Positions 1-9,132 are shown, counted from the first letter of the stretch. The stretch is DNA of 64,000 nucleotides from Oceanospirillales bacterium (GCA_018223185.1 JAAEYW010000023.1:7734-71733), one strand, 5' to 3'. A program made the numbers and translations. Notes: generated from the letters alone by a model not told the origin.

Positions 1-248
1 TGGGCAGCATTGGTGAACGTTATTATCTGACAACACGTTTGCAGATCGGCGATATCGACCAGGTGTTATTAGTGCCGGTTGAGTTGAGAAATCTTCACAG
101 CCGCCCCGCCGAGATGGGCAGCTTGTTTAATCATGGTTTTAAGTTTTTGGATCTGGATGAAGATACCCGTCTGATTATCACTGCTTTTGTTTATCAGCAG
201 TTCTTAGTTGAGACCGGGAATCTCAATCACACCGGACAGGAGTTATAG
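1..248 (+). CDS. 3' end of an ORF entering from upstream; possible PilZ-type c-di-GMP-binding protein (C-terminal fragment)
   Basis: Frame 3 is open from nt 3 to TAG 246-248. The tail ...NHGFKFLDLDEDTRLIITAFVYQQF resembles the last strand/helix of PilZ domains. Family call is by eye only. Confidence 0.3.
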   Translation, partial: GSIGERYYLTTRLQIGDIDQVLLVPVELRNLHSRPAEMGSLFNHGFKFLDLDEDTRLIITAFVYQQFLVETGNLNHTGQEL

Positions 249-1361
249 ATGTTTCGTCTTGGATTGATTGTGAATCCCCTGGCAGGGGTGGGGGGCAGCG
301 TTGGCCTTAAAGGCAGTGACGGTGAAGAGACCGCTCTGAAAGCGTTGGCGATGGGCGCTGAACCGAAAGCCAATCTGCGGACTCAGCAGGCACTGGAGCC
401 GCTTGCCGGGCTGGATATTGAACTGATTACCTATCCGGGCGAGATGGGCGAGGAGAGTGCCCGCATTGCTGGTTTTGAACCTCGCGTGATCGGAACTATC
501 ACGCCGGGTCACACCACTGAGGAAGATACCGAGCGGGCCGCACGGGAGATGGCACAACAGGGCGTTGATCTGATTCTGTTTGCCGGTGGTGATGGCACCG
601 CCCGCAATATCTGCCACGCGATCGGCGATTCCACACCGGTGCTGGGAATTCCGGCAGGGGTTAAAATCCATTCCGGGGTTTACACCGTTACGCCAAAAGC
701 TGCCGGTGAGGTGGTGGCAATGCTGGTGCGGGGTGAACTGGTGACTCTGGCAGATCAGGAAGTGCGTGACATTGATGAAGATGCATTTCGTCAGGGCCGG
801 GTACGTGCCAAGTACTATGGTGAATTGCTGGTGCCTGAAGAGGGGCGCTTTCTTCAGCATGTCAAAAATGGCGGACGTGAGGTTGAAGAGCTGGTGCTGG
901 ACGATATTGCGGCTGATTTTGCTGAAAATATGCAGGATAACGTGCGCTATATTATGGGCTCCGGTTCAACTGTTCAGGCGATTATGGACCATCTGGGGCT
1001 TGAAAATACTCTGCTGGGCGTTGACCTGATAGAGAATGGCAAACTGATAGGACAGGATCTGACCGCACAGCAGTTGCTGGATCTGACCTGCGGTTATGAT
1101 ACCCGGCTGGTGATTACGGTGATTGGTGGACAGGGCCATATTATCGGTCGTGGAAACCAGCAACTCAGTCCCGAGTTGTTAAAGCGCATAGGCCGCGAAA
1201 ATATTATTGTGGTTGCAACTAAAAGCAAGATTAAGGCGCTGGAAGGGCGTCCTTTGATTGTTGACAGTGGTGATGCTGAGCTCAATCATCAGCTTTCCGG
1301 GCTGATCCGGATTGTTACCGGGTATCGGGATGCCATTCTTTACCGGGTAGCCGACTACTGA
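249..1361 (+). CDS. ATP-NAD kinase family protein (NAD/diacylglycerol-kinase fold)
   Basis: 370-aa ORF whose ATG directly abuts the upstream stop. GGDGT motif present (LILFAGGDGTARNI). Confidence 0.75.
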   Translation: MFRLGLIVNPLAGVGGSVGLKGSDGEETALKALAMGAEPKANLRTQQALEPLAGLDIELITYPGEMGEESARIAGFEPRVIGTITPGHTTEEDTERAAREMAQQGVDLILFAGGDGTARNICHAIGDSTPVLGIPAGVKIHSGVYTVTPKAAGEVVAMLVRGELVTLADQEVRDIDEDAFRQGRVRAKYYGELLVPEEGRFLQHVKNGGREVEELVLDDIAADFAENMQDNVRYIMGSGSTVQAIMDHLGLENTLLGVDLIENGKLIGQDLTAQQLLDLTCGYDTRLVITVIGGQGHIIGRGNQQLSPELLKRIGRENIIVVATKSKIKALEGRPLIVDSGDAELNHQLSGLIRIVTGYRDAILYRVADY

Positions 1362-1458
1362 TTAAAATCGGGCCCTATTCACCCATAGTGACGTTCCGGA
1401 CAGGCAAAATCCTGATTCTTTGATAAGCTTTAATAACGGCTTTCGAGGGAGTATCACT

Positions 1459-1710
1459 ATGGGATTTGAATTAATACGATTCTATCTGCGGCTGATGTTG
1501 CCGGAATGGATGCAGGTTACGCACCCCGATGGCAGCCATTTTTTTCGACGCAAGTTTACCGCTGCCTATAAAGCCCGGTTGCGCTGGGTTTACCGTATCT
1601 GGATTGGTTCCGGGCTGCTGATGCTGGCAATTCCGGCCCCTCCGGTGGTGATTGGACTGGGCCTGTTCACAACCTTTATCTCATTTTCACTGCTGGATGA
1701 AACCGAGTGA
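1459..1710 (+). CDS. small membrane protein, unknown function
   Basis: ATG 1459 is preceded by GAGGGAG; the track start at 1420 is TTG with no RBS. One clear hydrophobic span (IWIGSGLLMLAIPAPPVVIGLGLFTTFISF). Confidence 0.45.
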   Translation: MGFELIRFYLRLMLPEWMQVTHPDGSHFFRRKFTAAYKARLRWVYRIWIGSGLLMLAIPAPPVVIGLGLFTTFISFSLLDETE

Positions 1711-1735
1711 CCAGAGCCGTGATGATCTGTGATTA

Positions 1736-1800
1736 AGAGGCCGGAGACAGAGACCAGAGATTGAGATCGGAAATCGTGACCGGAAATTGAGACCGGAGAT
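1736..1800. repeat. five tandem copies of a degenerate 13-nt unit (consensus about TGAGACCGGARAT)
   Basis: agaggccggagac / agagaccagagat / tgagatcggaaat / cgtgaccggaaat / tgagaccggagat, head to tail. A sixth degenerate copy (agtgaccagagcc, 1706-1718) overlaps the stop codon of the preceding ORF. Confidence 0.8.
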
Positions 1801-1935
1801 TAAGCACTGATTTAAAACAGTATCGTCATTCGATGATACGCTCTCCAGTTGTCATTAAATGGCAATAATTCAGCAGCTTTAGGTTAATTTTATCTGTTTA
1901 CCCTTCGGTAAGCTCGATAGTTATTAAGCCCTATA

Positions 1936-1960
1936 AACCCGCTGACAGCGGGTTTTTTTG
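1936..1960 (+). terminator. Rho-independent terminator, 226 nt after the nearest upstream stop codon
   Basis: aaacccgc-tgac-agcgggttt stem-loop followed by a T run (ggtttttttg). Confidence 0.7.
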
Positions 1961-2398
1961 TATCAGTCTACAAGCCAGGGAGTGTCCGGCAGCTTTCAAT
2001 ACCCTCCCGATACTGTCAGATGAAGGCCCACGCAGCGGGTTATAACTGCGGTGGCGAACAGCCGTGTTGAGCCTCCGACAGCCTGCACTCCGTGGGGCCG
2101 ACCATGGGCACGGTCAGACAGACGCACCGCTATCGTTACTCTTGTGGTTAGAGGCGGGTGGTTATGAAACCTGAGCGGGAGTGGAAGAAGTTGCTAAACT
2201 GAACGGATAACTTTACTTACCGTTGACGTGAAAACGGGTATGGAAGTGCTTTTTACTCACTTTGGCAGGGCTTTATGATTTTGGTCATGATTATTTGGTC
2301 AATAATGTTTGTGCTGCACCTGCGTAATATGGAAGATATAGACTCAGTCGTTCGATCAGATTAACTGATCAGTTCTGAAGGTCTGCGGAGTAAGTCTC

Positions 2399-5134
2399 TT
2401 GAGTACAAAATATCTCAAACGTTTTTTTAAGCCTAAATCGATTGCGGTGTTCGGAGCCTCTGAGAAAGAGAACAGCATGGGCGGTATCGTGCTGCAAAAT
2501 CTGCTGGATAGCGGGTTCGAGGGTAAACTGATGGCGGTTAATAAACGGGGTTATGACACCGTTTATGGCGTCACCTGTTACAGCGGGTTAACCCGCTTGC
2601 CAGAAATGCCTGATTTGGCAATTATCTGTTCTCCCCCTGAGAGTGTTGCGGGCCTGATCCGTAAGCTGGGCGCCAATATGGTGAAGGCTGCTATGATTCT
2701 CACCGGTGGTTTGTCTATTGCCAGTGAGCCGCTGGGTAAAAGCATGCGGGATGAAATCATGGAAGCGGCCGGGCCTTACGGCATCCGTATACTGGGACCG
2801 GATTGTATGGGGATGCTGGTGTCGGGTCATAAGATGAACGCCAGTTACTCTCACCTGAATATACGCAAGGGTAAGGTGAGTTATGTTGGTCAGTCCGGCC
2901 TGTTAGGTACGGCGATGATCGACTGGGCCAACGGTCAGGAGATCGGCTTCTCGCACTTCCTTACTCTCGGCGAAGGGGTTGATATCGACCTGCCGTCAAT
3001 CATCGACTATTTCGCTCAGGACCCTTACACCCAGTCGATACTGATTCAGCTTGATCATCTGGTGGGGTCTTCCCGCAATCTGCTCAGCTCTCTGCGCTCC
3101 GCTTCGCGCAATAAACTGGTGCTGGTGCTTAAATCCAATATGATCTTTGATGAGGATAAGCAAAGTCAGCCGGCTCTGGGAATCAGGGATGAAGATCTGG
3201 TTTACGATGCAGCGCTGCGCCGGGCCGGTGTGGTGCGGGTCGATACCGTCGATCAGCTCTATAATGCACTGGAAACGTTGTCGCGGATGAAACCGATGCG
3301 TGGCGAACGTCTGGCACTGGTATGTAACGGTATGGGCCCCAACGCTCTGGCTACCGATCAGTTGCTGAGAAAGGGGGGGGAGCTGTCTGAGCTGAGTGAG
3401 GAGACTGTGGCTGCGTTACGGGAGATCATGCCGGATCACTGGAATCTGAAAAATCCGCTTGATCTGCACTCTGATGCGACTCCGGAACGCTTTGCCCGGG
3501 TAACCCGGCTTTTGACTAAGGATCCCAATGTCGATGCGGTGCTGGTGACCCATGCACCGACCCGGATGGCTCCGGGGGTTGCGACGGCTGAAGAGATCAT
3601 CAAGGTGGCCCGGAATACCCCGCGTAATATTCTCACCTGCTGGATGGGGCGGAGTACGGCGATCGAGTCACGTAACCATTTAAACAGCGCAGGCGTTGCC
3701 ACGTTTATCACGCCTGAAGAATCCGTCGATGCCTTTATGCATATGGTTGAGTTCCGCCGCAATCAGGAAGTGATGAAGCAGACTCCGGCCCCCTTTGATG
3801 ATCCAAATGAGCAAAACCATCAGCGTGCCAAGGCACTGATCGCGGATGCACTGGCGGAGGGGCGCGATTATCTGACCCATAATGAAGCGACAGATCTGTT
3901 AGACCAGTATGATATTCCTGTGTCCCATACGCACTATGCTGATGATGTCGACGGTGTCGTTGAAATCGCTAAAAAGCTGGGTGGCTCTGTCGCTGTTAAA
4001 GTCATTCACAAGGAAAATATCTACCCGTTCAGCTATGACAATAAAAAACATCCCCGCTGGAAAGACCTGGCGCTGGATCTGTTTTCATGTAATGAGGTTA
4101 AGCAAGCGGCGACTCAACTGACCTACCGGGTCAGGGAGCGGTTTCCGGAAGGCGAAATTAAGGGCTTTTGCGTTCAGCAGATGAAGCGCGGCTTCCAGTC
4201 ACTTCAGATCAATATGGGGATCACCCGTGACCCGGTGTTTGGCCCGCTACTGGTGTTCGGTAAAGGAGGGTATTCTGTTGACGTACTGGCTGATCGACAG
4301 GTGATGTTGCCGCCGCTTAACCTCAGTCTGGCACGTCAACTGATCAGTACTTCGCATATATTCTCGGTACTGAAAGAGAGCAGCGAACAGCTGGAAAGAG
4401 ATCTTGAACAGCTCAGTAATCTGTTGATCAAGCTGTCACAGATGGTTGTGGAGCTTCCCAACCTGAAGGGGCTGGAGATCAATCCCATGCTGATTAACCG
4501 ACGGGGCGTGCTGGCGGTTGATGTTGCTGTCTCCTTAGGCGAACCTTCCGTATTAGCGATCTCTCCTTATCCTGAGTATCTGAGTGAGCATATCTCGCTG
4601 CGTAAATCAGGTCGTAAGGCGATTGTGCGAGCGATACGGGGAGAGGATGAACCAAACCATCTCGAGTTTTATAACCATCTGAGTCCTGAATCGATCCGCC
4701 TGCGTTATTTTTACAGCCGTGGCATACCCACCCATCATGAACTGGCTAACTGGACTCAGATCGACTACGACCGTGAGATGGCGTTTATTGTTACTGCTCC
4801 GAGACAGGGGGCGCCGGGGTGGGAAACGCTGGGGGTCGTCAGAGCCGTGACCGATGCCGACAATGTCCGTGCAGAATTCTCTGTGGTGATCCGGGATGAT
4901 CTGCAGGGCGAGGGGCTGGGTGTTGTGCTGATGCAGAAAGTGATCGATTACTGTAAAGCCCGGGGAACTCTGTTGCTGATGGGGTCGACCCTGACATCGA
5001 ACAAGGGCATGCAGGGGCTGGCACAGAAGCTAGGCTTTAAAAATCATTACAACATGGAGGAGGATGTTGTAGAGATGGAGATGATGCTGAACGAGCCAAC
5101 TGAAGACTGGCAGCGTTATCGGTTGCAGAGCTGA
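2399..5134 (+). CDS. pat: bifunctional acyl-CoA synthetase (ADP-forming)-like / GNAT protein lysine acetyltransferase (Pat/YfiQ type)
   Basis: 911 aa with TTG start 8 nt after GGAG. N-terminal CoA-binding segment (KSIAVFGASEKENSMGG), central ATP-grasp-like region, C-terminal GNAT (QGEGLGVVLMQKVIDYCKARG). Confidence 0.8.
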   Translation: MSTKYLKRFFKPKSIAVFGASEKENSMGGIVLQNLLDSGFEGKLMAVNKRGYDTVYGVTCYSGLTRLPEMPDLAIICSPPESVAGLIRKLGANMVKAAMILTGGLSIASEPLGKSMRDEIMEAAGPYGIRILGPDCMGMLVSGHKMNASYSHLNIRKGKVSYVGQSGLLGTAMIDWANGQEIGFSHFLTLGEGVDIDLPSIIDYFAQDPYTQSILIQLDHLVGSSRNLLSSLRSASRNKLVLVLKSNMIFDEDKQSQPALGIRDEDLVYDAALRRAGVVRVDTVDQLYNALETLSRMKPMRGERLALVCNGMGPNALATDQLLRKGGELSELSEETVAALREIMPDHWNLKNPLDLHSDATPERFARVTRLLTKDPNVDAVLVTHAPTRMAPGVATAEEIIKVARNTPRNILTCWMGRSTAIESRNHLNSAGVATFITPEESVDAFMHMVEFRRNQEVMKQTPAPFDDPNEQNHQRAKALIADALAEGRDYLTHNEATDLLDQYDIPVSHTHYADDVDGVVEIAKKLGGSVAVKVIHKENIYPFSYDNKKHPRWKDLALDLFSCNEVKQAATQLTYRVRERFPEGEIKGFCVQQMKRGFQSLQINMGITRDPVFGPLLVFGKGGYSVDVLADRQVMLPPLNLSLARQLISTSHIFSVLKESSEQLERDLEQLSNLLIKLSQMVVELPNLKGLEINPMLINRRGVLAVDVAVSLGEPSVLAISPYPEYLSEHISLRKSGRKAIVRAIRGEDEPNHLEFYNHLSPESIRLRYFYSRGIPTHHELANWTQIDYDREMAFIVTAPRQGAPGWETLGVVRAVTDADNVRAEFSVVIRDDLQGEGLGVVLMQKVIDYCKARGTLLLMGSTLTSNKGMQGLAQKLGFKNHYNMEEDVVEMEMMLNEPTEDWQRYRLQS

Positions 5135-5150
5135 AGCCGAACTGAGAGTT

Positions 5151-5182
5151 AAAAAAACCACCAGATAATGGTGGTTTTTTTA
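5151..5182. terminator. bidirectional Rho-independent terminator between convergent pat and the ArsR-family gene
   Basis: aaaaaaaccaccagataatggtggttttttt: GC stem flanked by an A run and a T run. Confidence 0.8.
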
Positions 5183-5253
5183 TTCAGAGGCCACGCCGCA
5201 GATCTGGGGTTAAAACTCTGGGGTGAAAAGCTCTGTGATTAAAGCTCTGAGAT

Positions 5254-5583
5254 TCAGGCGGTAGGACAAAACATCTCATGCAGGGTGTGAATGATCCGGG
5301 TTGCTGTATCGCCAGAGAGAGAATAATAGATCGTTTGTGATTCGCGCCGGGTGCTGACCAGACCATCTTTACGCAGCACTGCCAGATGCTGTGACAGGGC
5401 TGACTGACTCAGTTCGAGGCAGTGGTTCAGTTCGGTGACTGAAAGTTCTTTACCATCCAGATAGCAGAGAATAAGGAGACGACTCTCGTTGCCCAGTGCT
5501 TTCATCAGTTTAGCCGCTTTACTGGAATTAATTTTCATCATAGCCAGTGTTTCGGGCGTCATCTGCCGGGTCGCTGTATTCAA
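5254..5583 (-). CDS. ArsR/SmtB-family winged-helix repressor with the two-Cys layout of the SqrR/BigR/YgaV persulfide-sensor clade
   Basis: 109 aa with TTG start 6 nt after GGAGAA. HTH SVTELNHCLELSQSALSQHLAVLRKDGLV. Cys40 in RLLILCYL and Cys106 in the C-terminal EMFCPTA. Confidence 0.8.
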   Translation of the reverse strand: MNTATRQMTPETLAMMKINSSKAAKLMKALGNESRLLILCYLDGKELSVTELNHCLELSQSALSQHLAVLRKDGLVSTRRESQTIYYSLSGDTATRIIHTLHEMFCPTA

Positions 5584-5702
5584 TCTGTTCTCCGCATTTT
5601 ATTATTTTACAAGGCCTTAAAATTCGCTCAGTGCCCTACAATACAAGGAGTATTCTACTTTAGCAGTCATTAAATCTCAATTTACTAATGTAGTGCTTTT
5701 AA

Positions 5703-5722
5703 ATATTAGTATATGCTAATAT
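5703..5722. promoter_or_regulatory. 20-bp palindromic operator ATATTAG-N6-CTAATAT overlapping a TATAAT -10 hexamer (5720-5725) of the RND operon
   Basis: Perfect 7+7 inverted repeat in the arsR/RND divergent intergenic region. An extra half-site TACTAAT lies at 5683-5689. The same ATATTA-N8-TAATAT recurs at 13166-13185. Confidence 0.55.
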
Positions 5723-5769
5723 AATAATCAAAATAAAGCTTTGGTTATATAGTGGAACAGGACTCACAG

Positions 5770-8328
5770 ATGCTGCGAACTACACTGGTTAATTTATCAA
5801 TGAATCGCCCGAAATGGGTGTTTTTCGGGGTGTTACTACTGACCGTGATAGCCGGTTTACAGATCCCGTCCATCAAGGTGGATACGGATCCGGAAAACAT
5901 GTTGCCTGCCGATAATTCTGCCCGGGTGTTTCATGATCATGTAAAAGAGCGCTTTGGTTTGCATGACATGATTGTTGTAGGGGTGGTGAATGACTCTGCC
6001 GGGGGGATCTACAATCAGCAGAGTCTGTCTGAACTGCAGCAACTGTCAGATGCCATCGTACAGATGGAGGGGGTTGTCAGCCAGGATCTGATGTCGCTGG
6101 ACCGTGTCGATAATATCAGCCAGGAAGGGCCGGGAACGATCCGTTTCGAGTGGATGATGAAGCAGGTCCCCAACGATCAGGCAGGGATCGGTCAGATCCG
6201 CTCATCTGTTGAGCGCTTACCATTACTTAACAACACGCTTGTGTCCGGTGATGGCAAGGCCGCGGGCATCTATATCCCGATTACGAAAAAATCTGAAAGT
6301 TACCGTATTTCCGGCCTTATTCAGACTGAGATCGGCAAGCTTAGTGGTAATAACCAGTATTATATCTCTGGGTTACCAGTCGCAGAAGACACTTTTGGTG
6401 TTGAGATGTTTATCCAGATGGCAATCTCCGCGCCACTGGCAGGTCTCATGATCTTTATCCTGATGTGGGTATTCTTCCGCAGCTTCCTGCTGATCACCGC
6501 GCCGATGCTGGTGGCGATGGGGTCGGTCATTATCACTATGGGGCTGCTGATTGGTCAGGGCTATACCGTCCATATCATGAGTTCCATGATTCCAATATTC
6601 CTGATGCCGATTGCGGTAGTAGATTCGGTGCATATCCTGTCGGAGTTTGCAGATCGCCATCGTCCGGGAGAAGACCCGAAAACGGCTTTGAAAGAGGTGC
6701 TGGGTCATCTGTTCACACCCATGTTGTACACTTCGGTAACCTCTGCGGTGGGTTTTGCCTCCCTTGCTTTCACGCCGATACCGCCGGTACAGATTTTCGG
6801 CTTGCATGTCGCTTTTGGTATTATGCTGGCGTTTGTTCTGACTATTACCCTGGTTCCGGCATATATCATCAGCTTGTCACCTAAGCGGATGGCGCAGATG
6901 CAGGATCATAATATTGAAGAGGACGATAACTCGTTTCTGGGACGTATACTGATTTTAACCGGACGTTTTTCAATTGCCCGGGCTAAAGGCCTGCTGGTGC
7001 TGTTTATTCTGATTGTAGCGGGCAGTGTCTATGGCGTGGCGCAGATTCAGATTAACGATAACCCGGTTCGCTGGTTTAAACCTGACCATCCATTGCGTGT
7101 TGCTGACAAGGTGATGAACCATCATTTTCCAGGAACCTATAACGCTTTTCTGGTGTTGGATAAAACCAGTGATCTGCGCAGCGGACTGGAACAGAACCTT
7201 CTGGCAAGAGCCTCCAGTGAAGGTGTCGAACTGCAGCAGAAACTTGGCAGCGTTAATGTTGAAAGCTTTACCGAGTATACCAATGGGCTGATCAATCTGT
7301 TTGATCAGCTCAGTTATGATGACAGCGCTCATGAAGCGATGTGGCTTGATCTGCTGGATATGACCGAGAAGGCCCAGGTTGGCAGCAAGTATTTTCTTAC
7401 CCCCGAGGCGATGAAATATCTGGATGACCTGCAAATCTTTCTGGATCAGTCTGAATATGTGGGTAAGAGTAATGGCCTGCCAACGTTGCTGAAAACGGTT
7501 TACCGTGAACTTCAGGGCGGCGGTGCGGATCAGTATCGCTTACCACCTTCAGCCGCTGCTGCTGCGCAAACGGTTCTGAGCTTTCAGGGCTCACACCGGC
7601 CTAACGATCTGTGGCATATGGTGACACCTGACTACCGTTCGACAGTGCTCTGGCTGCAGCTAAGCAGTGGTGATAATCAGGATATGAGCAGAGTGTTAAC
7701 GCTGGTTGATGACTATGTTGCTCAACACCCGTTACCGGAAGGCGTAAAACTTAACTGGGCAGGTCTGACCTATATTAATGTTGTGTGGCAGGATGAAATG
7801 GTCAATGGCATGCTCAGTAGTCTGACGGGGGCCTTTTTCATGGTGCTGCTCATTATGGTGTTGCTGTTCCGTTCAGTAAAAATAGGCTTACTGTCGATGT
7901 TGCCTCTTACGGTTACCATCCTGTTTATCTATGGTCTGATCGGGCTGGTGGGTAAGGATTATGATATGCCGATTGCAGTGTTGTCGGCACTGACACTGGG
8001 TCTGTCAGTGGATTTTGCGATCCACTTCCTTGAGCGTACCCGGGCTATTTATCGAGAGTGTGGTAACTGGGAGCAGACTGTCGCTGAGGTCTATCGAGGG
8101 CCTTCACGGGCGATCAGCCGCAATGCAGTTGTTATTGCCGTCGGTTTCACCCCGTTACTGTTTGCTCCGCTGGTTCCCTATATTACGGTTGGCTTCTTTC
8201 TGGCAACCATAATGGCCGTGTCAGCAGTGGTAACGGTCATGTTGTTACCGGCGGTTATGCAGATGATTAAAAATAAAGATAGCTTGTTTGGCGTAAAGTC
8301 AGACATGAAGGAGAGTAGCCATGATTAA
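5770..8328 (+). CDS. MMPL/RND-superfamily exporter (COG1033-like, two 6-TM bundles with large periplasmic loops)
   Basis: ATG 5770 lies 7 nt after AGGA; the track start GTG 5752 has no RBS. Repeated TM blocks around residues 220-390 and 690-840 with a long soluble insert between them, typical of MMPL/HpnN-type exporters. Confidence 0.75.
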   Translation: MLRTTLVNLSMNRPKWVFFGVLLLTVIAGLQIPSIKVDTDPENMLPADNSARVFHDHVKERFGLHDMIVVGVVNDSAGGIYNQQSLSELQQLSDAIVQMEGVVSQDLMSLDRVDNISQEGPGTIRFEWMMKQVPNDQAGIGQIRSSVERLPLLNNTLVSGDGKAAGIYIPITKKSESYRISGLIQTEIGKLSGNNQYYISGLPVAEDTFGVEMFIQMAISAPLAGLMIFILMWVFFRSFLLITAPMLVAMGSVIITMGLLIGQGYTVHIMSSMIPIFLMPIAVVDSVHILSEFADRHRPGEDPKTALKEVLGHLFTPMLYTSVTSAVGFASLAFTPIPPVQIFGLHVAFGIMLAFVLTITLVPAYIISLSPKRMAQMQDHNIEEDDNSFLGRILILTGRFSIARAKGLLVLFILIVAGSVYGVAQIQINDNPVRWFKPDHPLRVADKVMNHHFPGTYNAFLVLDKTSDLRSGLEQNLLARASSEGVELQQKLGSVNVESFTEYTNGLINLFDQLSYDDSAHEAMWLDLLDMTEKAQVGSKYFLTPEAMKYLDDLQIFLDQSEYVGKSNGLPTLLKTVYRELQGGGADQYRLPPSAAAAAQTVLSFQGSHRPNDLWHMVTPDYRSTVLWLQLSSGDNQDMSRVLTLVDDYVAQHPLPEGVKLNWAGLTYINVVWQDEMVNGMLSSLTGAFFMVLLIMVLLFRSVKIGLLSMLPLTVTILFIYGLIGLVGKDYDMPIAVLSALTLGLSVDFAIHFLERTRAIYRECGNWEQTVAEVYRGPSRAISRNAVVIAVGFTPLLFAPLVPYITVGFFLATIMAVSAVVTVMLLPAVMQMIKNKDSLFGVKSDMKESSHD

Positions 8329-9127
8329 GCAACTGTTTACGACGTTTGTAGCAGGGCTGGCATTAACGGGTTCAGCGCAGCTGTATGCCGCCGATCTGAC
8401 CGATGTTAACGAAATCGTGAAACAGGCCAACCTTGCTGCCTATTATCAGGGCGAGGATGGTCGTTCAGAAGCACGGATGTTGATTGAGGACTCTCAGGGG
8501 CGCAAACAACAGCGACAGTTTACTATTCTGCGCCGGGATTATGAGGATGGCGGCGATCAGCAATTTCTGGTTGCCTTCAGCCGCCCGGCCGATGTCCGGG
8601 ATACAGTTTTTCTGGTTGAGAAGCATGCCGGAACGGATGATGATCGCTGGCTCTACCTGCCAGGACTGGATCTGGTAAAACGGATATCTGCAGGTGATAA
8701 ACGGACCAGCTTTGTCGGTTCTAACTATTTTTATGAGGATGTTTCTGGCCGAAACCCGGAAGAGGATACCCATCAACTGATAGAAACAACCGAAGCGTTC
8801 TATGTGTTGGACAATGCCCCTAAAGATCCGAATTCAGTTGAGTTTGCTCGTTATCGGGTGTGGATCGACAAGGTAAATATGTTGCCGATGAAAATTGAGT
8901 ACTCTGATGTCAGTGATAAGCTTTATCGCCGGGTCGAAGTGCTTGAAACTGAAACGGTGCAGGGAATTCCTACGGTCACTAAATCCAGGGTCAGTGATCT
9001 GGTCAGTGGTGCCAGCACTACGATGGAGTTTCGTTTTATTCGCTATGATCTGGGGATGGACAGTTCAGTATTCACTGAACGTTCTCTTCGTAATCCGCCG
9101 CGTCAGTGGCTCAAGCGTCCAGAGTGA
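8321..9127 (+). CDS. periplasmic outer-membrane lipoprotein-sorting (LolA-like) protein
   Basis: Start overlaps the RND stop (8321-8328), implying translational coupling. Signal peptide ...LTGSAQLYA/AD. Motifs DRWLYLPGLDLVKRI and SFVGSNYFYEDV match the LolA_like family as I recall it. Confidence 0.65.
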   Translation: MIKQLFTTFVAGLALTGSAQLYAADLTDVNEIVKQANLAAYYQGEDGRSEARMLIEDSQGRKQQRQFTILRRDYEDGGDQQFLVAFSRPADVRDTVFLVEKHAGTDDDRWLYLPGLDLVKRISAGDKRTSFVGSNYFYEDVSGRNPEEDTHQLIETTEAFYVLDNAPKDPNSVEFARYRVWIDKVNMLPMKIEYSDVSDKLYRRVEVLETETVQGIPTVTKSRVSDLVSGASTTMEFRFIRYDLGMDSSVFTERSLRNPPRQWLKRPE

Positions 9128-9132
9128 TTTAT

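Noticed and set aside
1736-1800. Whether the tandem 13-mers could be a CRISPR-like array.
   Set aside because: The units are contiguous with no spacers and only 13 nt long, and no cas genes are present. This is a simple tandem repeat.
2060-2115. Apparent similarity of GCCTCCG...GCACTCCG...GGGGCCGACCATGG to the V. cholerae Vc2 c-di-GMP-I (GEMM-I) riboswitch sequence, which was tempting given the c-di-GMP genes nearby.
   Set aside because: The matching GCACUCCG segment in the sequence I remember belongs to the engineered U1A-binding loop of the crystallisation construct, not to the natural riboswitch. The true GEMM-I hallmarks (GGCAAA, ACGCAAAGC, GNRA-capped P1) are absent here. I treat it as a chance match.
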